This document shows, piece by piece, positions 21,057 to 32,126 of a stretch of DNA of 64,000 bases; the first letter of the stretch is position 1; the number at the start of each line of letters is the position of its first letter. The DNA is taken from NCBI GenBank assembly GCA_963820525.1, contig CAWGAA010000001.1:672001-736000 (forward strand), read 5' to 3'. The notes under the pieces were generated by a model. That model saw only the letters and a list, made by a program, of their open reading frames with translations. It had not been told where the DNA came from and searched no databases. This DNA comes from an uncultured Spirochaetota bacterium. GTDB taxonomy: Bacteria; Spirochaetota; Spirochaetia; SZUA-6; Fen-1364. The translations under genes and the position numbers were made by a program.

Positions 21057-21430
21057 ATGTTGTTGATTCTAGCGCTTGGCTTGAATATTTAGCTGCTGGT
21101 CCAAATGCTTCATTCTTCTCTGAACCAATTGAGAATATAGCTGAACTAATAGTTCCTACTATTAGTTTATATGAAGTATTCAAGCGCATAGTCCAACAAA
21201 GATCAGAGAATGAAGCTCTTCAAGTAATAGCTGTCATGCAACAAGGCAGGCTAGCAGAATTGGATCAAAGAACTGCATTAAGCGCAGCTCGTATAAGTAT
21301 AGATCATCAATTACCCATGGCAGACAGCATAATATTGGCAACAGCAAGAATAAATAATGCAATTCTATGGACTCAAGATTCTCATTTTAAAGGAATTCAA
21401 AATGTAAAATATGCTAAATCACAAACCTAA
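21053..21430 (+). CDS. vapC: PIN-domain toxin VapC
   Basis: VVDSSAWLEY, SLYEV, MADSIILATA, WTQDSHF. Confidence 0.92.
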   Translation: MNVVDSSAWLEYLAAGPNASFFSEPIENIAELIVPTISLYEVFKRIVQQRSENEALQVIAVMQQGRLAELDQRTALSAARISIDHQLPMADSIILATARINNAILWTQDSHFKGIQNVKYAKSQT

Positions 21431-21579
21431 TATTTAATAGTTTTTAATTATAAGATTTTTCGGGGGCGTCATAACATGCTGTTGGAGTTGACCGCCTAGC
21501 CTACGTGTCGTGACTTAGAGCTACGCGCGGTAGAGCCTTTTGTACTTGGATGACTCGGGGCGGCAACTCAACAGCGTCG

Positions 21580-22365
21580 TTATCTCCATCTAGATTTATA
21601 TTGATTAGCAATGAAGTTAAGAATTATTAATTAAATAATCTTGGATAAGACGCTTTTCAATTTCATGTTTGCCCATGATGGCGTTGGCCTTTCTCTGGAA
21701 GGATGGCGGTGTTGTACTAGGTTGCACGCTTGTTTTTAGTTTCAATGCATGGCACGTCACCTTGGCTTATTATCACCGATTACATTCAACGGCTCTAATC
21801 AAGCTCTTTCAATTGATTCGCTAGATCTTTTCTGCTTTCCTCAACGCCATCATACTGGATGGAGATAACATGTCGTTGCAGCTGACCGCCCAAGCTACGC
21901 GTCGTCACTTGAAACTATGCGTGCTCAGCTATTTCCTTTTTTTGAGGCGGGGCGGCAGCTGAACTCCTTGTTATATCCAATCTAGATTTATATTGATTAT
22001 CGAATAGGCAACGAATTAGTAATTCAATAAAAAGAGATAATACGTGTTTCAATAGCTTGTTTAACCATGATGGCGTTGGCATTGCTCTGGAAGGATGGCG
22101 GTGTTGTACTAATGTTGCTTGCTTGCTCTTAGTTTCAATACACTGCACGTCACCGTGGCTTAATGGTCAACGATTTCATTATAGGGCTCGGATCAAGCTC
22201 TTTCTCTTGAAACAACAACTCTTTTCTGTTGTCCTCAACGCCATCATACTGGATGGATATAACATGCTGTTGGAGTTGTCCGCCTAGGCTACGCGTCGTT
22301 ACTTATAGCTACGTTTGCTAGGGTTCCTTCGGTTGCTGATTCGGGGCGGCAACTCAACAGCGTCG
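21580..22365 (+). repeat. Two family A cassettes (21580, 21971)
   Basis: Near-identical to 13371 and 11478 respectively. Confidence 0.92.
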
Positions 22366-22792
22366 TTATATCCACGCTAAAGAAATTCTTTGTGAGAATA
22401 TTTTGCTTCTTCTGTTTTGAATTACTCAAAGCAAATGAAGAATTCTCTTTCACAATCTTGCGGGTTTTACCTTGTTGAATTCTTTTGATACCTGTGCGCG
22501 GGCCATCTACGTTCCTGTTGGAACAGCTCGCGCATGTTAGCAAAAGGGGCATTAATTACCTTTTTTAGCATCACTTTCTTTCGCTTTTCCTGAATTCTAT
22601 CATCAATCAACTAACCTGATATTTTATCCATATCGTGAAGCTTGTCCTTCGGCCCGCGCATATTGGTCTGTTTCCACGTAGATATAACATGCTGTTGGAG
22701 TTGACCGCCTAGGCTACGCTTCATTACCAATAGCTACGGGCGGTAAAGCATTTTGTACTTGGATGATTCGGGGCGGCAACTCAACAGCGTCG
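22366..22792 (+). repeat. Family B cassette (B2 subtype)
   Basis: TGCGCGGGCC/GGCCCGCGCA IR; near-identical to 47330 and 54966. Confidence 0.9.
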
Positions 22793-22884
22793 TTAGGCAG
22801 TCCAAAATTTGAGCATCTCGCAGGCGTAGTGCCCGTCATCAACATGACTTGCCGTATTCCGCTCAGTCAAGTAGCATACTGCAC

Positions 22885-23385
22885 ATGAGGATTCGGTGCA
22901 CACTGAGGCTTGCAGCCAAGATAAAAGCGCTTTTACCCGATGAATCAGATGAGCTATCTCTACCAACTGAATGGTATGCGAACCTGATTAGGCATGAGGG
23001 AACTCAATTCATAATAGCAATGAATTCAGGTACACTCGCAACTGTGCTCTTCCGCGGCAAGGGCATCATCTCCTCAATTGACTTGGCTGATGCATTGAGC
23101 TCAACGGCAAGTCGCATGTTCAAACGTAATGGATGGACGTTTGCTTTAGGACGATTTGTAGACACCGATCAAAGGAATCTGGAAATCCTTCCAACAAACG
23201 ACAAACGCATACTTGGCTCCCTTACAGAAATGATTCGATTGATAAAGGGGCATCTTGAGTACGGCGACAGAGATATTGACGCAATAGCTGACAAGGTCAA
23301 CCAAGCACCAATGTCGTATATAGATCATAAAGCCCCAAAGTGGCTTTTGGATGATCTCTGCAAGAAAGCAAAAAATGAACTTTGA
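22885..23385 (+). CDS. Hypothetical protein, DUF6933-like (cassette)
   Basis: MRIRCTLRLAAK...EWYANL...TNDKRILGSLTE pattern recognised from memory, not searched. Confidence 0.6.
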   Translation: MRIRCTLRLAAKIKALLPDESDELSLPTEWYANLIRHEGTQFIIAMNSGTLATVLFRGKGIISSIDLADALSSTASRMFKRNGWTFALGRFVDTDQRNLEILPTNDKRILGSLTEMIRLIKGHLEYGDRDIDAIADKVNQAPMSYIDHKAPKWLLDDLCKKAKNEL

Positions 23386-23639
23386 TATTGACTGCGGTTC
23401 TTCCCAAAGGGCATTGTCGCCGTGAAGTTGATTTCATTCACACGAAAGAGATGGGAATTGATGAATTAAAATGCAATTTGATCGAAAAAAAGATCTTCAG
23501 TAAGGAAAAGCAAATGATTTCAAATGGCCTGCCTAACAAGTCGTTGCAGTTGACGCCTTGAATTCTGTCTGAAAGATAGAGCGCTATCTGGTACAACTGT
23601 CACGGCTGGGGTGATTCGGCGGCGCAACTGAACTCCATG

Positions 23640-24488
23640 TTACATCCACGCTAATAATTTCTTTGAGAGAATATTTTGCCTGTTCTGTTTTGAATTATTC
23701 AAAGCAAATAAAGAATTCGATTTAGCAATCTTGCAGGTTTTACTTTGGTGAATTCCTCTGATACTTTTGCGCGGGCCATGTAAGTTCCCATTGGAACAGC
23801 TCGCGCTCATTAGCTGAAAGGGCGTTATTAACCTTTCTGGAATCGTATTCTTTCGCTATTGGTTGAATTCTATCATCAATCAACTAACCTTATATTTTTT
23901 TCATATCGTGAAGCTTCTTTGCTGGCCCGCGCATATTGTTCTGTTTCCGCGTAGATGTAACATGCGGTTGGAGCAGACCGCTTTGACTACGCATCGTTAC
24001 TGATAGCTACGCGTGTTAAAACCAATTGTACCTGGATGATGCGGCGCGGCTGCTCAACCGCGTCGTTACATCCACGCTAATAATTTCTTTGAGAGAATAT
24101 TTTGCCTGTTCTGTTTTGAATTATTCAAAGCAAATAAAGAATTCGATTTAGCAATCTTGCAGGTTTTACTTTGGTGAATTCCTCTGATACTTTTGCACGG
24201 GCCATGTAAGTTCCCATTGGAACAGCTCGCGCCCATTAGCTGAAAGGGCATCATCAACTTTTAACATTATTTTCTTTCGATATGCCCGAATTCTATTATC
24301 AATCAACTAACCTTATTTTTTCTTCATATCGTGAAGCTTCTTTGCTGGCCCGCGCATATTGTTCTTTTTCCGCGTAGATGTAACATGCGGTTGGAGCAGA
24401 CCGCTTGGACTACGCATCGTTACTTATAGCTACGCGTGTTAAAACCAATTGTACCTGGATGATGCGGCGCGGCTGCTCAACCGCGTCG
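23640..24488 (+). repeat. Two family B cassettes (23640, 24066)
   Basis: Family B IR and motifs, each with attC. Confidence 0.9.
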
Positions 24489-25207
24489 TTATGATTTGCG
24501 AGGCTTTCGACACGGAGGACTTATGGAAAAAAGTGGTGAGAACTCTCTTGATCAGATGATACAGTATATCAAGCAATGGCTTGAAACCAATCAGCGCAAC
24601 CAAATGGCTGTCAGACCGCTTACCGATATTCTAGAAGTGCTTGAGTGGGCAAAACAGACCATAGATGAACTTCAAAATGCACATAGTGCTACGGAAAGAC
24701 TCGGGACCCTATTTGTACAATTTGACAAGACTTATGGAACCCTAATTGAGTTCTTACCGCCGGCACCGCAGGTCAACATAGAAGGAATTGATAGGCTCGC
24801 TTCTGCTACAACCAGTCTCGCATCTTCAGGCCTGCTTGGAATATCCGGGTCCGTTTATCCAAACATGGGTCCGCAGTGGTTAGCCGGAAGGTTTAATGCC
24901 TTCGCAAAGATGCAGGAAAGGCACGAAACAATTTCTAAAGTACGGAAGCTCTTGCTTAAGCTCGAGGCGAAGAATTCCCACCCTCCCAATATCGTGGATG
25001 AATATGACTTGATGATAGAAAAGGGATTTTATTTTAGGGGAAATGAAATTGATCAGATAACCTCTGCCGGAATAACAATGAGAAATGTTCTTGAACACGT
25101 AAATGGCAAGCTTTTATCCCTTGTAGCATGGTCAAAAGGTGAGAAAAAGAAATGGTCTAAAATGGTTGAATTTCTCAAAGCCGATGCGCTCGCGCCAATT
25201 GAGCTAG

Positions 25208-26947
25208 CCCACATTTCTCACAAATAGCGTAGCTGAATCTCAAGAACGCATAGAATGTGCTTCGGTACTATTGGGATGAATCTTCAAAGCTGCGGGAGAC
25301 TCCGAAACCCACTTTTCAGATGTTTCAAGATCTCCTGCATGCCACATTCCGTGAAAAACGTCTTGAACTGTCCACAGAAGTGGACCTCAGGGCATAAGGA
25401 TCCCGCTGAGCTTATGCCTCGAGTGGGTAGTTCAGCTACCCGTCTGAAATACAGCCGTTCTGATTCGATAGATCGCCTGACGGAAGAGCTCTTGGTAGGG
25501 ATAGCCGCTTGCGAAGCTCACATAGATGCGACGTACGCTCAGACGGACCTGCGCGCCGATCTTCAACACCTTCAGCCGAATCGTGTCACACTGCGCAGTG
25601 GCAAGCTCCGTACCCTTCAAGGCAATCCTTCGCAACGCGCTCATGATCAGGTATGCCACGGAGGAAAACCACAACCGCAGCTGGTTTGCCCTCATCGTCG
25701 CGGAGCTGGTCCGGTCCGCGAAAAGGTAGAGTTGTTGTTCCTTGATACGGTTTTCCATGTCCCCTCGGGCGCAGTATAGATCCTCATAGAGTACTTGAGC
25801 AGGGAACCGGTCCTGAGGGAGGGAGGTGACGACAAACCGCGGGTTCTCCCCCTTGAGCAGGTACTCCGCTTTGGCAACAACGCGCCTGCTTTTCGACCAG
25901 GTCTTCTTCGTGCGGTACATCAACTCGGCGTATCTTCGCTGCGGCAGCCCCGTGGATATGCACTGCCGCCTGGATTCGGATAGTTGCCGACGGATCTTGC
26001 GCAACAAACGCTGGTTTTTCGCGATTCCGAACAGGAAATCCACGTCGTTTCCCTCGCACCAGCTCATGATCGCTTCACGGCAGAACCCGCTGTCTGCCCG
26101 TGCAATAATGCGCACATCAGGCCACCGCTCCCGGATCTGGGCCACGATTCTGGCCAACTCCACCTCGGCGCCCGCGCTGGCATCTATATTCGAAGGGCGC
26201 AACTTTGCGCACAAGAGATGGTCGCCGCAGAAGATGTACAGCGGCAGGTAGCAGTAGCAATCGTAGTAGCCATGGAAGAACCTGCCTTCCTGCTCCCCAT
26301 GCACGGGATCGTCGGTGGCATCAAGATCAAGCACGATTTCCGCGGGGGGCTGCTGGAAGGAGTCCAGAAAGGCATTCACCAGGAACATCTCCACCATAGT
26401 ATGGTTGACCGTGATTTTCTTGTACCGGTGTGTGAATAGACTCGTCCCGCCGCTTGTCTCTAAACGGTTCAGGGTGCTCTTTCCGGCAAGAGCGTTTCCC
26501 TTATCCCGGTTCTGCCGTCTGTTTTCCCCGCTCACATCCAGTTTCCCGCACACGGCGGCAAGAACGGGATCTTTTCTCAGCCGGTCATGATCGTTGAGGT
26601 CTTCGTAGCCAAGGCATATGCCGAATACTCTTTGGCTGATCAATTCCTCAACTGTGTGTTCGATATAGCCTTTCTCGCGGTAGTCGGTAAAGCAGTCAGC
26701 AAACGCCTTTATGAATCCCGTGGCCTGCTCAAGCTCTCTGAGAATAAGCGCGCCAGCATCTGAGCTGATCGTGCCCCCATCGAAGTTAGCGACGACCTTT
26801 TTCTCTCCGAGGTCTTGAAAGCTGAATAAGGATGGAGTACAGTCTGTTTGCATCGTTTGGCCTTTCATTCCTTGTATATTCTGTTTGTGGCAAAGCAATT
26901 ATACCAGAGTGAAAGGCCTTTTTGTATCTATTTGTGAGAAATGCGGG
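25208..26947 (-). mobile_element. IS1380-family insertion sequence, 1740 bp
   Basis: TIRs CCCACATTTCTCACAAATAG / CTATTTGTGAGAAATGCGGG (19/20); CTAG target duplication at 25204-25207 and 26948-26951. Confidence 0.93.
25432..26898 (-). CDS. IS1380-family DDE transposase (start may be the later MQTDC)
   Basis: FDGGTISSDAG, GYEDLNDHDRLR, LDLDATDD..HGEQE, RADSGF, RGDMENRIKE. Confidence 0.93.
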   Translation of the reverse strand: MLCHKQNIQGMKGQTMQTDCTPSLFSFQDLGEKKVVANFDGGTISSDAGALILRELEQATGFIKAFADCFTDYREKGYIEHTVEELISQRVFGICLGYEDLNDHDRLRKDPVLAAVCGKLDVSGENRRQNRDKGNALAGKSTLNRLETSGGTSLFTHRYKKITVNHTMVEMFLVNAFLDSFQQPPAEIVLDLDATDDPVHGEQEGRFFHGYYDCYCYLPLYIFCGDHLLCAKLRPSNIDASAGAEVELARIVAQIRERWPDVRIIARADSGFCREAIMSWCEGNDVDFLFGIAKNQRLLRKIRRQLSESRRQCISTGLPQRRYAELMYRTKKTWSKSRRVVAKAEYLLKGENPRFVVTSLPQDRFPAQVLYEDLYCARGDMENRIKEQQLYLFADRTSSATMRANQLRLWFSSVAYLIMSALRRIALKGTELATAQCDTIRLKVLKIGAQVRLSVRRIYVSFASGYPYQELFRQAIYRIRTAVFQTGS

Positions 26948-27359
26948 CTAGAGCTTCTTCTTGATCAGGAAAATATCTGGGAGCACCTTCATTCAACCCT
27001 ATCGGACATGGCAAAGCATATGTCAGAAGTAGATATCCGCATGATTGCTGTCCAAGTAGTAATGCATCTATTTGTATCGCTCTCACTTTTAAAGTTGTGA
27101 TTTTGCCTGTTTCGGCGCAAATCATAACAAGTCGTTGCAGTTGACCGCCTAATTTATGTTTCGTTACTCGAGACTACGTTTGCTAATGTCCTTCGGTTGC
27201 TGATTCGGGGCGGCAACTGAACTCCATGTTATCTTGCCATAGTAAATACCCAGTTGTGCATTTTTCATGCCATTGCATTTGTTTTAAGAATTCATCACAA
27301 CATTAAGCATGATTACCATATGTTGACACTGTGCGCACAATGGGGTATATTCCTTATTG

Positions 27360-27638
27360 ATGCAGTTCGCCTTTGACAAGGAGAAGAATGACCTTCTTTA
27401 TAAACGGCGTGGGGTAACTTTTCCCATGGTAATTGAGGCGATTGCAGATAAGGGAATTCTATTGAATTTTGATCACCCAAATCAATTGAAATATCCAAAC
27501 CAAAAGGTACTTGTTGTTGATTTGGAAGGATATGCATACTGCGTACCTTATATTATTCAAGGAACTACTTGGTTCTTGAAAACGATCTATCCAAGCAGAC
27601 GTTTCAAGTACCTAATCGAAGGAGAAACCAATGGATAG
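27360..27638 (+). CDS. BrnT-like toxin
   Basis: MQFAFDKEKNDLL..RRGVTF, HPNQ.KYPNQ, FLKTIYPSR; toxin-first overlapping pair. Confidence 0.75.
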   Translation: MQFAFDKEKNDLLYKRRGVTFPMVIEAIADKGILLNFDHPNQLKYPNQKVLVVDLEGYAYCVPYIIQGTTWFLKTIYPSRRFKYLIEGETNG

Positions 27639-27933
27639 ATATAATCCGAAATACATTGACCGTGAAGAGAAAGATCTCATGCAAGACATTGACAAAATAG
27701 ATCTCCGTAAGGTTAGAAAGCCGACCCAAAAGGTACAAGGACAACTCAGGAGAGCTGCAAAGAGGCACCTAGAAAAAGAATTGAAAATGAATATTAGAAT
27801 TGACCCCTATGAATTATCAAAGATTAAAGAAAAGGCAGAAATGGAAGGATTAAAATACCAAAGCCTCGTAAAGAGCGTACTACACAAATACATTACTGGC
27901 CAATTGATTGAAAAAGGGAAAAAAGCTGTATAG
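27631..27933 (+). CDS. CopG/RHH-like antitoxin
   Basis: KMNIRI...LSKIKEKAEMEGLKYQSLVKSVLHKY; overlaps the toxin stop. Confidence 0.78.
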   Translation: MDRYNPKYIDREEKDLMQDIDKIDLRKVRKPTQKVQGQLRRAAKRHLEKELKMNIRIDPYELSKIKEKAEMEGLKYQSLVKSVLHKYITGQLIEKGKKAV

Positions 27934-28245
27934 GAATTATGGCTAAAATCTTATTATTAAAATAGATAAATGGCAAGATAACATGCGGTTGGAGTTGTCC
28001 GCCTAGGCTACGTTCATCAACAGTAAGCTAAGTTTGCTAGGGCCCTTCGGTTGCTGATTCGGGGCGGCAACTCAACCGCGTCGTTATGACGCCTCAAGAT
28101 TTGGCCGATTGAGGCAAACGGACTGGAATGCCTCGGGGAAGAGGGTCAGGCGTCCATGCCTGACCCTCTTCCCCTCATTGGTATCATTCGAGACCTCTAT
28201 CTCCGAACTATAATCAAATATACCGAATCGCCTTGTGAGGGCTCC

Positions 28246-28274
28246 TTGACTATACATACCAATAATGGTATGTT
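28246..28274 (+). promoter_or_regulatory. Putative TA promoter with palindromic operator
   Basis: TTGACT-N17-TATGTT containing ACATACCA-ATAA-TGGTATGT (28254-28273). Confidence 0.65.
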
Positions 28275-28279
28275 TCGAC

Positions 28280-28612
28280 ATGCAATATGAAGTCGTATTG
28301 TTGGAGCCTGCAACGGACTTCCTACGCAACCTCGAGGGGAAGCTGCAAGCAAAAGCGTTCCGATCAATCGAACTTCTAGGGCATTTTGGAACACAATTGA
28401 TCATGCCGCACTCCAAAAAGCTCAGCGGATACGATCTGTGGGAATTGCGGGTTCGACATGCAGGCATGATCTGCCGACTATTCTATTTCCACGATCGGGA
28501 TAGGATCTTTGTTGTGACTTCTGGATATGTTAAGAAGAGTGACAGGACTAATCCAAAGGAGATAAAGAGGGCACTCCGGCTTAAGATGGAGCACCTTGGA
28601 GGGACCACATAA
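28280..28612 (+). CDS. RelE/ParE-family (HigB/Gp49-like) toxin
   Basis: MPHSKKL.GYDLWELRV, RLFYF, GYVKKSDRT..KEI.RA. Confidence 0.88.
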   Translation: MQYEVVLLEPATDFLRNLEGKLQAKAFRSIELLGHFGTQLIMPHSKKLSGYDLWELRVRHAGMICRLFYFHDRDRIFVVTSGYVKKSDRTNPKEIKRALRLKMEHLGGTT

Positions 28613-28905
28613 TGAAGCAGACTCGATATGAGGATTTGCTCAACCGTCAATTGAAGAACCCTCAGTTCCGGAAAGAATATGAAGCGTTAGAGGGTGAGTT
28701 CACCCTGGCAAAAGAAATAATCGCACTTCGTATCAAGAATAGACTTACGCAGAAACAACTCGCACAGCAAATCGGAACCTCCCAGCCCGCCATTGCTCGG
28801 ATTGAATCTGGTAGCTACCGGAATGTCTCGCTCTCATTTCTTAGGCGGATCGCAGATGCACTTGGAGCCGTGCCGGAAATACATCTGAAAAAGAAAGGTG
28901 CATGA
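28612..28905 (+). CDS. XRE-family HTH antitoxin (HigA-like)
   Basis: LTQKQLAQQIGTSQPAIARIESG; TAATG coupling to the toxin. Confidence 0.9.
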   Translation: MKQTRYEDLLNRQLKNPQFRKEYEALEGEFTLAKEIIALRIKNRLTQKQLAQQIGTSQPAIARIESGSYRNVSLSFLRRIADALGAVPEIHLKKKGA

Positions 28906-29167
28906 GCGCTATTACAACCGTGAGCTGAATAGCTTTCCACGCCCTCGCCATCCCTGGCTCGGGCGCATGTCCTGATAGATAGCGGAAGCGCTGACAATTT
29001 GTAGACGATCCATATTGGAGTCGTCATAACATGCTGTTGGAGTTGACCGCCTAGGCTATGCGTCGCTTAGCTATAGCTACGCTCATTGAAGCCTTTGTAC
29101 TTGGATGATTCGGGGCGGCAACTCAACAGCGTCGTTATGCCGTCTTGAGATTGATGGAGGTGTCAAA

Positions 29168-30013
29168 GTGAGTGAGTACTTCCTGCAAGTTGAATACTGG
29201 CCTCAAAAGCTGCCGAATGCGCATCGAGAGCTACTGAAAGGAATCATCAGGAACATTTCTACACGTTCAGATCTACTAGGACTGGCCATCGGTGGTTCCT
29301 TCATATCCGGAGAAATGGACGAGTATTCAGACCTGGACCTAAAGGTTGTTGCGAACGCAAAGGAATGGCAAGCGGTAAACGAAGCTCGGAAGCAGATAGC
29401 CGCGTCCGTCGGCCCCTTGCTCGCTACATTCACGGCGGAGCATATTGGCGTTCCACAGATGCTCATATGCCTGTATGGCGAGCTTCCCATACATGTAGAT
29501 CTGGACTTCATGGTTCCTGAGCAATTTGCTTCAAGGCCGGAGGATCCGGTGATACTGTGGGATCGCAACGGGATGTTGCATGCCGTATTGTCCCACAGCA
29601 AACCATACTCAACGTCGGTGGACTGGCAGTGGATCGAAGATAGGTTTTGGACTTGGATACACTACGTAGCAACAAGAGTCGCACGGGGAGAATTGTTTGA
29701 AACGATTCGATTCCTGTCACTTATAGGAGAGAAAGTACTGGGGCCGATAGCTGTCGAGATCTCAGGTGGCAAGTCACACGGGCTACGTCGTTTTGAGCAG
29801 ATTGCAGGCAAATACCTGGACCCAATACGATCAACAGTCGTCTCCTACAATAGGGATGAGATGGTTCAAGCGCTTTTCAACGTGGTGGATATCTACAGGT
29901 CCTTTCGGAAGAACCATGCACCAGGTACCCTGAGAATGAACGAGAAAGCGGAAGAAGTAGTCATTCTCTATCTTGAGAACATATCAAGGCAAGTCGCTAC
30001 AGAGACGGCATAA
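29168..30013 (+). CDS. Nucleotidyltransferase-domain protein (aminoglycoside/lincosamide NTase-like fold) (cassette)
   Basis: GGSF..GEMDEYSDLDL Pol-beta motif, HVDLDF, RGELFE; GTG start after GGAGG; substrate unknown. Confidence 0.78.
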   Translation: MSEYFLQVEYWPQKLPNAHRELLKGIIRNISTRSDLLGLAIGGSFISGEMDEYSDLDLKVVANAKEWQAVNEARKQIAASVGPLLATFTAEHIGVPQMLICLYGELPIHVDLDFMVPEQFASRPEDPVILWDRNGMLHAVLSHSKPYSTSVDWQWIEDRFWTWIHYVATRVARGELFETIRFLSLIGEKVLGPIAVEISGGKSHGLRRFEQIAGKYLDPIRSTVVSYNRDEMVQALFNVVDIYRSFRKNHAPGTLRMNEKAEEVVILYLENISRQVATETA

Positions 30014-30309
30014 CATGCTGTTGAACTTGACGCCTTAACCTTAGGGCAGCCATCGCTGCCTGTGTTCGTAGAACATAATTGCGATGGGCTTCGTGTCGGC
30101 GGCGCAAGTTAACAGCGTCGTTATCTCCCCCAAGGGAGCATTCAAGTGCGATTGTCAAGACCTCGCACAATTAGCGATTTCGGCATCTTGCACCTGTCGA
30201 CAGGCTGACCAGTCTGCAGATTGGCGATTTTAATTTGCCTATGTTCTTACTGACCCAAATCGATTGAAGTACGCTTAGGCATTGCACCTTAGCGTTCAGG
30301 GAGAATCCG

Positions 30310-30838
30310 ATGAAGTTTGATCTGACCCTAAACTGGCAGTCCGTGTTGACCCTTGCCGCCTTGCTTTCATCATGGACAATTCCCCTTTTGCTCGACTTTC
30401 TTCGGAGACGAAGGCAGTCGGATATTGTCCGCAAGAGTATCTCTTTATATCTTGATTCACTCGAGATCAAAGCTAGGCTTTGGCTGCGCTTCTATTTTGA
30501 CGGGGACGTAAAACTTCCCAAAGGAAGGAGATCGTTTGAATACACAAACAAGCAAAATCACGACGCGTTGGAGTGACCTGTTCCGTTCAAGTGATCTCGG
30601 CAACTTGGAGAAGGAGGAGTTGCTGAAATTCGTCCAGTACTTTAAGGCCTCACAGGAAATGAGGTCCCAGGAAGACTTCAAAAAATACGTTTCCCGGATA
30701 GGTGACGAATCGCTTAGGCAAGTGTTTCCGCAGGGCCCCCACTTTCAGAATATACTAAGGACTACCGCCAAGGCAATGTCTGCTTCTCATAGGTTGGCCG
30801 CTCGACAAGCCGGGGCCACAGTTCCTCGTCGCAGGTAG
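30310..30838 (+). pseudogene. Hypothetical membrane-anchored cassette gene, probably frameshifted near 30570
   Basis: Overlapping ORFs 30310..30576 and 30536..30838 in different frames together fill one cassette. Confidence 0.55.
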
Positions 30839-31123
30839 CGCATTCATAGATGCCGCGATTCTATCGATCATCGTGGGTCAATTACGAAATGCGGGAGATA
30901 ACATGCTGTTGGAGTTGACCGCCTAGGCTATGCTTCGTAACCAATAGCTACGCGCATTAAAGCATTTGTACTTGGATGATTCGGGGCGGCAACTCAACAG
31001 CGTCGTTATGTCTCTCTATTTTTGGATAACGGGCGCTGTAAGGTATACTCACTGGCAGCATCCCAGATTACCACTTGCAGAACATCAGTCGTGGTGGTAA
31101 GTTTATATTGAAAGGAGAGATCT

Positions 31124-31978
31124 GTGAGATTCAACATCGTTAGTCTATCAATCATTCTATCAATCTTTGCAACATCCACATGGGCACAGACCAACGTTGA
31201 GACTTATGGGGTCACCTATAGGACAATAGATGGCAAAGAGCTTCAAATGGATATTCAGAGGCCTCAACCTGTGGGTGTTCCGAAACCAGTAATCGTATTT
31301 CTTTGCGGTAACGGCTGGGGATATGAGAGGACTATAAACCGCGAATCATTCTGGTATGCTCTGGACCTTGCTAATGAACATGGATATGTCGCAGTCACCG
31401 TAGACTACAGCTCATCAGCGCAGAACTCCAACGGCAGGCCAATTGGAACTTTTCCGTCCCAAATCTATGACGTTAAAAGTGCTATACGCTTTCTGAAGGC
31501 AAATGCAAAGCAGTACGATATCGATCCAACTCGGATTGGAGTCATTGGCTTCTCATCAGGAGGAAACTTGGCGCTGCTACTCGCGCTTACGCTTCCGGCA
31601 GATGGACTCGAGGGGCATGACGACTATCTCCAGTATTCCAGCTCAGTGCAAGCCGTTGTCAATCTTTCGGGGGCAACAGATCTAGTTAGTTGGAATAAAG
31701 AGCCATTTGTCAGTGCATATTTGGGAGGCTCTCTTCAGGCAAAGCCAGAACAATACAAGAGAGCTAGTCCCATCAACTATGTGAAGCCAGGCATGGCGCC
31801 GGTCTTAACCATCCATGGGGAAAAGGATATGATTGTCTCCCCCGATCAGGCACGGATGCTTGACGCGCGAATGAAAGAAGTGGGCGCGTCTCACACTTTG
31901 ATTATTAAAAGTGACTTAGGTCATAATGATGAGATTGATCAGAATGTATGGGATTTCTTGGAGAAAGCTCTAAAATAA
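31124..31978 (+). CDS. Secreted alpha/beta hydrolase (esterase/lipase) (cassette)
   Basis: Signal peptide, GFSSGG nucleophile elbow, IHGEKD..V, GH; apparently identical copy at 48266. Confidence 0.92.
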   Translation: MRFNIVSLSIILSIFATSTWAQTNVETYGVTYRTIDGKELQMDIQRPQPVGVPKPVIVFLCGNGWGYERTINRESFWYALDLANEHGYVAVTVDYSSSAQNSNGRPIGTFPSQIYDVKSAIRFLKANAKQYDIDPTRIGVIGFSSGGNLALLLALTLPADGLEGHDDYLQYSSSVQAVVNLSGATDLVSWNKEPFVSAYLGGSLQAKPEQYKRASPINYVKPGMAPVLTIHGEKDMIVSPDQARMLDARMKEVGASHTLIIKSDLGHNDEIDQNVWDFLEKALK

Positions 31979-32126
31979 CTTATCGGCGTAAAAGGACGAA
32001 AATTCAGCCAGGAGAGACATAACATGCTGTTGGAGCAGACCGCTTAGGCTACGCGTCGTTACTAATTCATACGTGTGCTAAAGTAATTGTACCTGTATGA
32101 TGCTGCGCGGCTGCTCAACAGCGTCG

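Larger units (their letters stand above)
24523..27100 (+). pseudogene. Hypothetical cassette gene interrupted by IS1380
   Basis: Removing 25208-26947 and one CTAG restores the frame: ...ALAPIELELLLDQENIWEHLH...LLKL*. Confidence 0.88.

Noticed and set aside
29105..29167. ORF-track starts inside attC sites (17376, 29105, 34898)
   Set aside because: They lie upstream of the cassette boundary; downstream starts with RBS were used
29168..30013. Calling the NTase, the GNATs or the MBL-fold protein antibiotic-resistance genes
   Set aside because: Only superfamily-level motifs are visible, and no specific resistance family is recognisable
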